Assembly (NCBI GenBank): GCA_963803805.1
Contig: CAWDOD010000009.1
Span: 32,001-96,000 of the forward strand
DNA length: 64,000 nt
Direction: 5' to 3'
From: an uncultured cyanobacterium
GTDB lineage: Bacteria; Cyanobacteriota; Cyanobacteriia; Cyanobacteriales; CAWCAG01
How positions within the stretch are numbered: position 1 is the first letter of the stretch; each line of letters begins with the position of its first letter. Below the pieces are notes generated by a model. The model had not been told where the DNA came from. It saw only the letters and a list, made by a program, of their open reading frames with translations, and searched no databases. Position numbers and translations under genes: made by a program. Shown one piece after another: positions 32,224 to 43,000 of this stretch.

Positions 32224-33225
32224 ATGAACTACAGCCACCGCCTTGCAGTTACCGAAGATACAAATGCGATCGCAACTCTTTGGCAAGCCTTTGCCCAGGA
32301 AAGAGCAACAATTGACCCTTCAATGGCTATTAAGCCAGACTTTGACTTTACCCAATACATTACCAATCAACTAGCCAATCCTCTTAACTATGCTTGGGTT
32401 TTGGAACATAATAAAGAGACTACAAAAGAAATCGTCGGTTGCATAATCATCTACTTCTATGATGAAGCCCCCCCTTCTAACCTTCCTCAAGAAATGTTGG
32501 AACAACATGAAATTGATAACCCCTTCATTTCTCGCCGGGTTGCCTCTGTTTTAGGTCTTTATGTCAAACTAGAACATCGTCAAGCAGAAGTAATTCAACT
32601 CCTTGCCAAAGTAGCCATTGCTAAAGCAGAGGAAATGCAAGTTAACGATATTGATCTACTCATTAGTGCTGACAAAACGGGTATCCAAGCATTGCTGCAA
32701 AGGGCTGGGTTTACTAAAGCTGCTGTACAATATACGAAGCATTATGACCTCTCTGTGAATGCTAAATTACCTAATCTCCATCCCTCTCACCCTGAAGTTG
32801 ACTTCCCCCAACCTCCATTACCAAAAGCAATTCCCCTGCGCGCCCCCCAAACAGGAGAATTGGTACGCAATCATGAAGGGGAACCAGTTTTTCTTTTCCC
32901 CCTAGAAACAGAAGCAATTGAAGCAAGCAAGTTACCCATTTATCCTACTCCAATACGCCACCCCCAAACCCAAGACTTTATCTTTAATAGCCAAGGAGAA
33001 TTAGTTGTTTCTCCGGTTTTACGGGACAAAGACGGTAAAGTTATTGAATATAAGGGCATTCCTCAGTTTCATCCTCCTGCTTATCAAACTATTCAAGGAA
33101 AACTCCACCTTAAACAGAACGAAGCGGGGGATTACATTTTTTGTGAAGTGGAGCTAGACAAAGAAGGAGAAATAATTTTTACTCCAGAAGGTCAACCAGT
33201 TTTTAAGCAATCTTTAACCGCGTAG
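32224..33225 (+). CDS. GNAT-family N-acetyltransferase with a C-terminal extension
   Basis: GNAT-like VLGLYVKLEHRQ and ALLQRAGF; C-terminal repeated D..G..VF/P beta-hairpin motifs. Confidence 0.7.
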   Translation: MNYSHRLAVTEDTNAIATLWQAFAQERATIDPSMAIKPDFDFTQYITNQLANPLNYAWVLEHNKETTKEIVGCIIIYFYDEAPPSNLPQEMLEQHEIDNPFISRRVASVLGLYVKLEHRQAEVIQLLAKVAIAKAEEMQVNDIDLLISADKTGIQALLQRAGFTKAAVQYTKHYDLSVNAKLPNLHPSHPEVDFPQPPLPKAIPLRAPQTGELVRNHEGEPVFLFPLETEAIEASKLPIYPTPIRHPQTQDFIFNSQGELVVSPVLRDKDGKVIEYKGIPQFHPPAYQTIQGKLHLKQNEAGDYIFCEVELDKEGEIIFTPEGQPVFKQSLTA

Positions 33226-33377
33226 CTACAGCTTATACGTTGAGCCAGAAGTGTTGCACGAGGGGGGTGTTCTGGCTAAACCCCTTTTGGTCACTCTCCG
33301 GAATAAACAAGTAAGAATAATTGGGAGCTATCCGTCAGGATAATAAGGTGAAAATTGATTCATCACTCCGATTAAAC

Positions 33378-33868
33378 GGGAGCATCCCAAAAATGTAATG
33401 AGTAATAATACCCGGAGGGAAAAAGTAAAGTTGTGAGAGATTAGAGGCAGAAGAGAAAAAAGGAGAGCAGAAGATGAGTCCAGCACAAGAGCGGAAACTG
33501 AAGTATCACCTCAAAGAAGTAGCCAAACTGCTCAAAGAAGAAACACCGAAGGAAAAATTAGAGGAGTTTGAAAGCAGTGGCTCAAGCAGGGTGTGAGTGG
33601 CGAGATTACAAAGCAGTGAGTCTGAATGATTCGGTGTGCGGAGCATACTTTCAAGACAATGAAGCTCTGATTAAATGGGTGAGTGAGCAACCTTTGTCGG
33701 CAATGGTGACCTGCTTGGGGGATGGCCATGCTGGGGTCTGGAATTTGATTGCCCAATTCAATCACGAACAACAGAAGCGCGAAGTTCTCGACTGGTATCA
33801 TTTAGTGGAGAATCTCTATAAGCTCGGTGGCTCACTCAAACAATTGAAGCGAATTAAAGCTTCTCTGT
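33378..33868 (+). mobile_element. ISKra4-family IS remnant (internally deleted, truncated)
   Basis: End sequence GGGAGCATCCC; fragments MSPAQERKLKYHLKEVAKLL and EWRDYKAVSL...CLGDGHAGVWNL...EVLDWYHLVENLYK. Confidence 0.8.
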
Positions 33869-34024
33869 ACTCATGGCATTTAAAGCGTTGTTTGCCATTG
33901 TGGATATGACCATTTTTGACAACTTGCTGGGAGTTACATTGAGGACAATTAAGCATGGAGAGCATTCTTCGTTCACCAGGTTTTCTCTCCTCAATGTTAT
34001 TATCATTACCTCTACATGACTACC
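33869..34024 (-). mobile_element. IS1-family left end with InsA zinc-ribbon fragment, copy 2
   Basis: From ATG 33956 on the minus strand: MLNCPQCNSQQVVKNGHIHNGKQRFKCHE; terminus GGTAGT at 34024. Confidence 0.85.
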
Positions 34025-34047
34025 ACTTATTTAATTGGACTTCCCAA

Positions 34048-34899
34048 TTAGTGATACCTACGGTGGGCTTTGCCTACGCAACAAGAAATAATTGATTGTT
34101 CTGCTAAGGATTCTAAACCCACATACTCTGATTTTAATAAATCTCGTAAGTATAGTTTAGCTAGTTCTGAATCGAGAGGGTATAACTCTTGCAAAATAGT
34201 GGTTATCGTTTCATTCCAAAGACCATCTTGAGCATAAAGAATGACTTTTTCTTCTGGTTTTGCTGTAGGTATAGGAGTTAGTTGAGGTGTTGCATTTACT
34301 CTTCTTAGATTACCTTCTACATAAACATCAGAATCTCTATTTTCGGGGTCACAAATAATTGTCAAACTCCAATAATAATTTTTTCCTACTACTAGAGGTT
34401 TATCCTGTAAAATAATACTAACAATTCCCGGAGTTTTATCTATTTTATAGATGCCATTGTGGGCAACCTCTTGGCTTTCATTGGTCATGACTAGAAACTC
34501 TGCTTCTAGTTCTCCTTTAGCAGGATAAGGAATATAGAACCAGAAAGTAGGAGATTCTTGAGCAGTGATAGACCAAAGAGTTTTATCTTCTGCAACTTGA
34601 TTGTTATCCTGTGAGGCCAAACCTTCACCTGGAACTAAAGCTGTTAAGTTAGGGATAGATTGAGGGCATCTATCTTCACCATAACTGCCAGTAGCAGACT
34701 GACTAGATGGCCCTTGTTCAGATCCTTTTTTAGCTCTGGGAATAAATATTAATTCATTATTAGTGTTGGTAGTAATTTCTTCGGTAACACTAGGAGTTTG
34801 TGCTACTATTTTCTCTTCAACTAGAGACAAGATACTAAGAGTAAAAAATGCTACAAGAGCAAGCTTACTGATTAGGAGAAATGAGAAAAATAGTTTCAT
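34048..34899 (-). CDS. DUF928 family exported protein
   Basis: Signal peptide; motifs LTALVP, PTFWFYIPY, TPGIVSI, YYWSLTIICDP and YAQDGLWNE. Confidence 0.88.
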   Translation of the reverse strand: MKLFFSFLLISKLALVAFFTLSILSLVEEKIVAQTPSVTEEITTNTNNELIFIPRAKKGSEQGPSSQSATGSYGEDRCPQSIPNLTALVPGEGLASQDNNQVAEDKTLWSITAQESPTFWFYIPYPAKGELEAEFLVMTNESQEVAHNGIYKIDKTPGIVSIILQDKPLVVGKNYYWSLTIICDPENRDSDVYVEGNLRRVNATPQLTPIPTAKPEEKVILYAQDGLWNETITTILQELYPLDSELAKLYLRDLLKSEYVGLESLAEQSIISCCVGKAHRRYH

Positions 34900-34903
34900 A
34901 ATT

Positions 34904-37291
34904 TTAGGTTTGAGATTGTAATATTTTGTATAAAGCAACCGAAAAACTAGTTAACAAGAAAGCTAAAATTGTTGGGATTAAAGGTAGCCAAATATCCTTA
35001 CCAAAAGCATACCAACAGATACCGTAAGTTATGGTCAAAGCAACTCCATTAATGAGCAAAAACTCAAATTTAGTTTGCCAGTTAGGCCAATTTTTAATAG
35101 CAGCGATACTACCACCTGCTAATGCCCCAAACCAAATTATGAGGCCGTCTTGCCACCATAGTAAAGTAGAAATTAAATTGCGTTTTCCCAGCACCACATC
35201 AAGCACTTGACTAACCTTTTGGGCTTGTATTAGTACTCCTGGTGAGGTATTAAGACCTTTCGCAAAAGGGGTATGATGGCGATCTCGTCCAGGTCTATCT
35301 GCCCCAATAAGAACAATTTTGTCTTTAACTTCTTTAGCTGTAAGATTACCTCGCAAGACATCTACTATTGAAACTACTTGGGCGATATCTTCTAAGTTTC
35401 GGTAAGGGCGATAATTAAGCATAGTTTGATAAGCTTTGTCTACCTCCGAGTCGGCACGGTGATAGCCACCAAGATGGGCTTTTAAGTAAGGAAAATCTAC
35501 ACCACCGATAGTCAAAAAAGGTTCTTCAGGGGTATCTTCCCGCTTAATTCCCTGAGAGGTAAGATAACTAAGAGCTAACTTAAGACTCAAGGATTCTACT
35601 TCGACTTGAGGGGAACGGCAAAAGTATTGATTTCTTACGCCTCTTAACATTAAATAGCGACGAATGATATTATCTTGGTCTACTACCGCATTAACAAAGC
35701 CTGCTTTTCCCAGTGGTGCATCTAGAGGGGCAGCTATTATCCCAGGATCTGACTTGGATGCCCCTTTACAAGCAGTTATTAAGCGTCCTTGCTGGATACT
35801 TGCTTGTAAGTTTGGGTAATCATTACCATCTATCTTCCCTTCCCGAAATATATCTAAACCGATAATTGCAGGTTGGTATTTTTGCAATTGCTGCACAAGA
35901 CTATCTAGGGATTTATCAGAGAGTGATCGCGCTCCATCGCCAATTTCTATTAGTGGTTGTTGTAGTTGTTTAATGTCTTCTTCGGTTACTGACACAACTA
36001 ATAAACGAGAGTCTACTTCAGCAATAGGTTGCTGACGCATTAATAGATCAAAAGCCTTTAATTCCCAACTTTGTAAATGTCCTTGCCATCTAGCAGTAAA
36101 AACTAGTAAAGTTAAGCAAAAGCTAGCAATCAAAGCAGTACGCAGGAAAGAGGTAACAGAGGGAAAAAGCTTGACAGGTAAAGCTTTTTGAGATTGGTAA
36201 AGGTCAGTCCATTTGTGGGAACTCAAAGAAGGATTTTGAAACATTATCGGCAACCAAGTGCAGCCTGGCAAACTAGTAAACTCTTCTAGCCTCTCTTGGG
36301 CTAATCTCACTGCTATTTGTAGAGTTTTTCCCCCAGCATATTCTTGTAGGAATTCCCTTAAAAAACATTGAGCAACTTGGTCTGGGACTTGTTCTTGCAT
36401 AACAATAACCACAGGAATTTGCAAATCTGCTAAATCCTGGGCTAAACCTAAACCATCACAGGAATTAAAAATGGCGATTTGTAAGCCCCCTTGAACTGCT
36501 GAGTGCAAAGCATATTTAAACTGCTTTATTGTCAAACTCTCCTCTTCATCAAGATAAATACGTCCTCTTTCTCCTTCTGTATTGCTATGGCCAGCGAAGA
36601 AAAAGACTGTCCAGTTAGCTTTTCTCAAAGTTTCTACTAATACCTTTCCGGGGGGGTGCTGTAAAAAAGTAGGGGTAGCCCCAGGTAAACTCCCAATCAA
36701 CTGCTGATCTACTTCGGTATCTATATGGCTACTGTTACCTAAAACCGCCAGGATAGGGACTTGTTTTTGGGGAACAAAATTATCTAGTTGAGGAGGTGCA
36801 AACTCTTGAAAACTATAAACTACACTAACATCAGTATATTGCTGCAACAAATCCCAACTATGCCAAGGCAACTTCCATAGTTGTGGTTCTGAGGTGTGAA
36901 TTACCAAACGTAGTTCAGCAGAGTTGCTAGCTAATTCTTGAAGTAACTTTTCCCTAATTCTTTGCCAGGGCTGATTATCTGTAGATTGTAGCCAAATTTG
37001 CATTTGTGCTTCTAAATTTTCTACCCAGTGCTGACAGGTTTCAATTTCTTGAGAAGCTATATTTGTAGGTAGGTTTTCTTCAATAATCCAGGTATTACTA
37101 CGACTAGATTTCAGAAGTAAGTTGAAGGAATTACGCCAACAAGCATATAAACCTCTCAATTGGGAATTACTAGGTAAACTTCCTTCAAGATCACTCGAAG
37201 GAGATTGACCATCACTCCATACTTGTAAAGCGAGGGATAGCCCCTCCTCCAGAGTGCCAGTTCGTATTTTTAGTATAGCTACTCTACTCAT
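34904..37291 (-). CDS. CHAT protease + CHASE2 sensor domain membrane protein
   Basis: Dyad FFFAGHS and IFNSCDG; TM helix; CHASE2 motifs ELKAFDLLMR, RLLVV, IGLDIFR, DQDNIIRR and KDKIVLIG; three C-terminal TM helices. Confidence 0.92.
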   Translation of the reverse strand: MSRVAILKIRTGTLEEGLSLALQVWSDGQSPSSDLEGSLPSNSQLRGLYACWRNSFNLLLKSSRSNTWIIEENLPTNIASQEIETCQHWVENLEAQMQIWLQSTDNQPWQRIREKLLQELASNSAELRLVIHTSEPQLWKLPWHSWDLLQQYTDVSVVYSFQEFAPPQLDNFVPQKQVPILAVLGNSSHIDTEVDQQLIGSLPGATPTFLQHPPGKVLVETLRKANWTVFFFAGHSNTEGERGRIYLDEEESLTIKQFKYALHSAVQGGLQIAIFNSCDGLGLAQDLADLQIPVVIVMQEQVPDQVAQCFLREFLQEYAGGKTLQIAVRLAQERLEEFTSLPGCTWLPIMFQNPSLSSHKWTDLYQSQKALPVKLFPSVTSFLRTALIASFCLTLLVFTARWQGHLQSWELKAFDLLMRQQPIAEVDSRLLVVSVTEEDIKQLQQPLIEIGDGARSLSDKSLDSLVQQLQKYQPAIIGLDIFREGKIDGNDYPNLQASIQQGRLITACKGASKSDPGIIAAPLDAPLGKAGFVNAVVDQDNIIRRYLMLRGVRNQYFCRSPQVEVESLSLKLALSYLTSQGIKREDTPEEPFLTIGGVDFPYLKAHLGGYHRADSEVDKAYQTMLNYRPYRNLEDIAQVVSIVDVLRGNLTAKEVKDKIVLIGADRPGRDRHHTPFAKGLNTSPGVLIQAQKVSQVLDVVLGKRNLISTLLWWQDGLIIWFGALAGGSIAAIKNWPNWQTKFEFLLINGVALTITYGICWYAFGKDIWLPLIPTILAFLLTSFSVALYKILQSQT

Positions 37292-37295
37292 TGCT

Positions 37296-40040
37296 TTAGT
37301 TCCCAACTAATACAAAAGGTGACCAATGATAAGGACTGGTATATCTACTTTCTTCTAGTAAATATTGTTGGGCTAAATGTAATGCTTCTGCTTTGCTAAC
37401 TTCTTTATTGACTAAATTTTCATAAAACTTTTCAATTATTAAATTAGAAGAGGCTTGGTCTACCGTCCATAAAGGAGCAACTGTTCCTTTTGCTCCTGAT
37501 TTTACAGCAACTCCTGCAATACCCAAGACAGCCCGATTGTCTCCTTCTGCTGATTCACAGGCGCTGAGAACTAATAGTTCTATTCTTTGCTTTTGTGGTG
37601 TAGTTTTAAGCAGGTTTTCAAATTCATTGATGTTTAGAGAATAACCTTCTATGGTTGCGGCTAGATCGTCAGTAAGAATGAATGTTTCTTGGGGGTTAGA
37701 ACTAAATTGACCGTGGGTTACTAGGTGGATGATGGGATAGTAATTATTGACTAGTTCTTGTTTGATTGCTGCTTTAGTGAAGTTACCATTACTAAGGATT
37801 TTGTAGTCGGGTAGAATGTTTTTTATGGCAGTAATTTGGGCTTTGACGTTTGCTTCTAGAGGATTATAGTTATCGCGCTGTTTGATTGCACCACCTACTA
37901 AGGCAGTTAAGTTTTGCGATTGAAAGCTTAGGGGTTGGAGAAGTTGTACGGTGGGAACAACGAGGGTGGCATAATTTTGGGCGGCTAGATAGTTTTCTCC
38001 ATTGTGTAAGGCACTCATGGGGATGGGACGGAAGATGTTATCGAGGATGAAGATTAAAGTTTTGATTTGTGCTTGTTCTAAATTAGAAAGAGATTTAGCT
38101 AGTAAGAGTTGGTACAACTCTTGTAAGGGTTGTTTTTGATTGGGCAGGAGGCGACGTTTGGTTTGTAAGGTTTTTTGGGCGGCTTGGACAATTTTTCCTA
38201 CTTGGTTTTTATCTTGGGCTGTTACTTGATAAACTAGTTTTTCTTGGTTGGGTAGTTTGAGAATTACTGCTACTTGTTCCGGTAAGAGAATGGGATAAAG
38301 GAAGGCGGTCTTTTGCTCAGGATCATTTTGAATTACTCTCTCGATACGCTTGATTAATAGCTCGATTTGTGCTTGCTGGGTAGTGATTTCTGTCGGTAGC
38401 AAACCTTCAGTGTCTTGGCTTTGAACGGTACAGCGTAGGAAGTTTTCTAATTCTGCTAATTGTAGGGCTTCGACGTAGTAAAGGGACTTTCTAAGATGTT
38501 CTTGGGGAGGATTAGTTTCTCCTTTTGGTAGCAACAGAGAGACTAGTTGACGATATAAAGGTTCGACGTTATCTCGAAAGGAAAATTGGACATCGGAATT
38601 GATGATAAGTAGGTCACGACGCACTTTGTCTAGGGTTTGGGCTGCTGATTCATAAGCTGCGATCGCCTCTTTCCTTTTACCTTGACTAGCCAAGAGTCTA
38701 CCTAGTTGCCATTGCCATTGATAAGCAATGCCAGGACTTCCTTGGGGTTGGACAATCAGTAAGGCTTGTTGTGTTAAGCGTTGGGCTTGTTCACGCCACT
38801 GTTGGGCCATTGTCGGTTGTGAAGCAACGTTGGCAAAGTACTCTTCTAGACCACCTAAGTTCCCCAAAGTGTATGCTTGGGCGTAGTTATCTTCTAATTC
38901 TTGGGCTTCGTTTAAGGCTGTGTTAAGGAGATTAGTTATGGTTTGCCAGCTAGTAGGTAATAGGTGTTGCTTAGGTGTTGACTTTTTTGACTCTTGACCT
39001 CTAGCCCTATTTGGACTTGGGGGTTTTTGGGAGATTTGCTGTAGAAAGGCTAGGCTTTTGGCTAGGTTGATGCGGAGGTAGATTTTGGTGCGACTTAAGG
39101 GTAGAGTTTCTAGATTGATTTGTAAATCTTGGGGTTGGGGTTGCAGTCCTCTTTCTAATAGCAAGCTGAGATGGTTAATTTTACTCCTAGTTTTTAAGGA
39201 CAGAGGTAAGGAAGTATTTTTAATTAAAGCCAGATAAAGATTATCTGCTTGTTCGTAAAATGTCTTTGCATCGTCAGGAATAGATTTAGTTTCATAACGC
39301 CAAGGGAGATGTTGATATTCTGGTTGAGAGAGGCGATCGCGTTCTAAATTTCCCCTTGCCCTGAAAGTATTAGCTAAGCTAAGTTGTGTTGCACCTTTAG
39401 TTTCGGGATCAACCGCTTTAGTGGCAGCCTGTTGCAACACGAATTCTGAATCTTCTAACCTGCCCATTCCCCGAAATAAGTTACCCCAAGAGCGTAAACC
39501 ATCTACCTGTATTAGTATAGAAGGAAGGCGATTATAGCTAGCTAATAGTTGTAATTTCTCCCCAGTTAATTCGCTACAGTGGAGAGGGGCAAGTTGAAAG
39601 GCAGCAATGAGGGTATTGCAGGCGCGAGGATATAAGCCTAAAGCTTGCAGTCCCCTGCTTTGGTTAATTTGACTAAGGGTGACACCAGCATAATCGGCTA
39701 AATTTTCATAAACAGTCTGGGCTTCTTGCCAGGTTTCTAAGGCTTGTTGTGGTTTTCCTAGAGTTAACTGGATGTTACCTAAATTAGTTAAAGTAATGGC
39801 AACATTCTCCTGTTGTTCCTCCTCGCGAAACAATTCTACAGCTTCTTGTAAAGATGCGATCGCATCATTTAATTTCCCTGCTTGATAATAAGTTTTCCCT
39901 TCCTGTACCAACTGTTGGGGAGTAGTTTGCGCCCGCAACATAGTCGGACAAAGAGTAATAAACAAAGCCAACAAAAAAGCCAAAACCTGTCGCAAAGCCA
40001 ACCAACGAAAACCCAAAAAATATCTATGCACCATCATCAA
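37296..40040 (-). CDS. Secreted TPR + CHAT protease
   Basis: Signal peptide; TPRs; AYQWQWQLGRL; dyad IHLVTHGQF and LVLSAC; ends PYHWSPFVLVGN. Confidence 0.92.
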   Translation of the reverse strand: MMMVHRYFLGFRWLALRQVLAFLLALFITLCPTMLRAQTTPQQLVQEGKTYYQAGKLNDAIASLQEAVELFREEEQQENVAITLTNLGNIQLTLGKPQQALETWQEAQTVYENLADYAGVTLSQINQSRGLQALGLYPRACNTLIAAFQLAPLHCSELTGEKLQLLASYNRLPSILIQVDGLRSWGNLFRGMGRLEDSEFVLQQAATKAVDPETKGATQLSLANTFRARGNLERDRLSQPEYQHLPWRYETKSIPDDAKTFYEQADNLYLALIKNTSLPLSLKTRSKINHLSLLLERGLQPQPQDLQINLETLPLSRTKIYLRINLAKSLAFLQQISQKPPSPNRARGQESKKSTPKQHLLPTSWQTITNLLNTALNEAQELEDNYAQAYTLGNLGGLEEYFANVASQPTMAQQWREQAQRLTQQALLIVQPQGSPGIAYQWQWQLGRLLASQGKRKEAIAAYESAAQTLDKVRRDLLIINSDVQFSFRDNVEPLYRQLVSLLLPKGETNPPQEHLRKSLYYVEALQLAELENFLRCTVQSQDTEGLLPTEITTQQAQIELLIKRIERVIQNDPEQKTAFLYPILLPEQVAVILKLPNQEKLVYQVTAQDKNQVGKIVQAAQKTLQTKRRLLPNQKQPLQELYQLLLAKSLSNLEQAQIKTLIFILDNIFRPIPMSALHNGENYLAAQNYATLVVPTVQLLQPLSFQSQNLTALVGGAIKQRDNYNPLEANVKAQITAIKNILPDYKILSNGNFTKAAIKQELVNNYYPIIHLVTHGQFSSNPQETFILTDDLAATIEGYSLNINEFENLLKTTPQKQRIELLVLSACESAEGDNRAVLGIAGVAVKSGAKGTVAPLWTVDQASSNLIIEKFYENLVNKEVSKAEALHLAQQYLLEESRYTSPYHWSPFVLVGN

Positions 40041-40075
40041 AAAAACTCCATCTCATACCTATTACTGATTACCCA

Positions 40076-43000
40076 TTACTTAGAATAGCGATCACAAGAA
40101 GCAATTAATTCAGCCATTTCAGCAGCAACTTGAGGCGGGAAAGATTCCTCTGTGGAAGCACTTTCTTCTGCCAAAGCTAACCACCTCCAACTCTCAGCAT
40201 TCACAGGTTCATCTGGGTTTGTTAAGGTTCCCCCTTTACCAATATCAAAAAAAGCTACCGCTTCATCTTCTTCTATCGCTTCACAACTGTCATTCACATC
40301 TGGGGCTACTGCATCATTAGGTAAGGTGCTTAAGCCCCGGCTAGGATCTATCCCAGGAGTGTTAATATTTACCGTACCATCAACTCCTAACTCGGAACTG
40401 GCGGTAATATCGCTTAGGGGTGTGAGTTCGTCGCGGAATTTTAAGCCAAAAATTGCTTGGGTAGTAATATTAATATTGCCCCCACGTCCTTCAAAAGCAT
40501 TGGCAGTAATATCGCTGTTTTCACTGGGAAGAGCGACAATAAAATCAGCATTAATATTAATGTTGCCCCCGTTTCCCCCTTGTTGTGCTGTACCTGCGGT
40601 GGTGGAAATGAGGCTATTGCGACGCATTAGTAAGAGGTTTGAGTCCCGCAGAGTAATATTACCACCGTCACCAGATTTAGTTTCTGCAATTAGTTGCCCT
40701 TGATTATCCAGAAAAAGGGTATTGGCAGTGATAGTTAAATCTCCTGCTTTAGCTGCTGTACCAGTACTGCTAACATTGATTTCACCACCGTTTAGGAGGT
40801 TGATTCGGTTAGCTATGATAGCGATATTACCTGTATCCCCTGCGTTGATAGAGTTGGCAACGATACCGCTACGCACTTGTTCATCGGCGGAAGTCCCCCT
40901 AACTTCAATAAGGTCAGTAGCTTGTATGTTGATGTTGCCCCCTGTACCTGAATTGGCAGTAGCAGACCCAAGGCGGGAACCATTGATAATATGGAGTTGA
41001 TTGGTGATGATGTCTAATTTTCCTGCATTTCCGGAACCACTAACCGCAGTATCCGTAGAGATAACTGCACCGTCTTTGAGAGTAACGCTGTCGGCATCGA
41101 CAAATAAATTTCCTGAATCACCTCCTCCTGTAGTTGCTGCTACTATCCCTGCTAGTCCCTGTAACTCGACTTCATTAGCATTAATATTCAATTCCCCACC
41201 ATTTCCTTGGGGAGAAACAGTTCCGGTTGTTACCCCTGCACCATTTTTAATGGTTAATCTTCCTGTGTTAATAGTTAATTTACCTGAATTGCCAAAACCT
41301 AAAGTTCCTGTAGAAATGCCTGTAGGTATGGAAGCCACAGCAAAAACAGAACCTGGTTGGGTAATATCTGGAGTAAAGGAACCTGGTTGATTGCCAATTA
41401 TTTCTACAGACTCGGAAACATCAATTAAAATATTGCCTCCCTCACCACTACTACCTATAGCTGTTAAGCTACTAATTCCTGTTTCTCCAGTTGACCCAAA
41501 ATTGCTACTATCAATTCGCAAATTTCTTGCTTTGATAGTTACTTCTCCAGCATCGCCCCTTGAGAAGGTATTACTTTCTACTCCGCTACCATCAAGAATC
41601 TCGACAACATCTGTTACATCGATTTTAATTTTTCCTCCTTCGCCTTCGCTAAAGGTTGCAGCAGAAATTAGGGCATTATCTCTCAAAGACAAGGAATTAG
41701 CTTCTATTCTTATATCCCCTGGTTTTCCTAACCCAAAAGTACTGCTGGATATTTCGCTATTTGCTACTGTGATTTCTCCTTTAGTTGTGAGGGTTATATT
41801 ACCACCGGAAGTAGAAATATTTTCAGTGGTAATGTTTCCTTGGGCGTTGATTACTAGATTGCCTGAAACTGAAGAATCGCCTAAGTTAATGCCGTTTATA
41901 TCTTCAATGGCGACATTTTGACCACGGTTAATAGCTAAAGTGCTAAAGTCGTTGTTGTCTTGCAAGGTGATGTCGCTATTACCAGAGTTGAGAGTAGTGT
42001 TTCCTGCTACGTTCCAAGTTCCTGTTTGACTAATCTCACCTCCAGAATTGATAGTTAAGTCACCGAGTAAATTGGTTTCTGCTATTTGGGTAGGAACGAG
42101 GAAGTTAGCTAAGCTGACATCTCCTTTTCCGTTTGTAGCAAAGCTGATGATGCCGTTGAGTTGATTGTTAGCGTTTAAACTAATATCTGCGTCAGGAGAA
42201 AGGGTGACAAAGTTTGATTCTCCAGTAACTTTCAGTCCACCACTTTGAGTTATGGCCCCGTTTGCGGTTAGTAGCAAATTTTCTGTAGCTATGGAGTTGA
42301 GGAGATTGGTTGTATCATTTTCCTGGATAGAAACATTTGCCCCCTGAAAGGCTAGCTTACCAAACTGATTGCTGGAGTCATTGAGGGTAATATCTCCATC
42401 TTCTGCATTAAAAGTGGCTGTGCCATTAACTTGGAGAGAATTGCTTTGAGTAATGCCAGGAGTACCACTAGCAACAACAATAGTATTAGCATCGGTTTCT
42501 AGTCTGAGTGTACCACCAAAGCTATTGGCTGATTCATCGAGAGTTATGGCTGCGGCATTGTCATAAATTCCGGCAAACTTCAGGGCCTCTTTTAAACTAT
42601 TGACAGTGAGGTTGCCAGAGATAGTTTCTCCTTCAAGATTCACTGTTCCTACTTGAGTAATAATTACATCACCATTGCCTAACTCTATTCTCGCTACAAG
42701 ACTACCGTTGCCGTTGGGAGTTAACTGAGGATTATTAAGCACAAAATTCGGGTCGCTAATATTAAAACTGGGGGCAAGAATAAACTCTCCGGGGACTTGG
42801 GAAACTGAACCACCAGAAGTTATGGTTAAATTGCCACCAACTAAAGATTGTCCAATTGTGGTGCTATTGCTGTTGTTAATGGTGACATTTCCTGCTTGAG
42901 CTAAAGTTGTGGTGAAGCTAGCATCTCCAGCGATACTTAAAGCGCCAGTTTGGGTAATTGCACCACCGGAAGTTAGTTCTAGGTTTCCTGTGGCAGCAGA

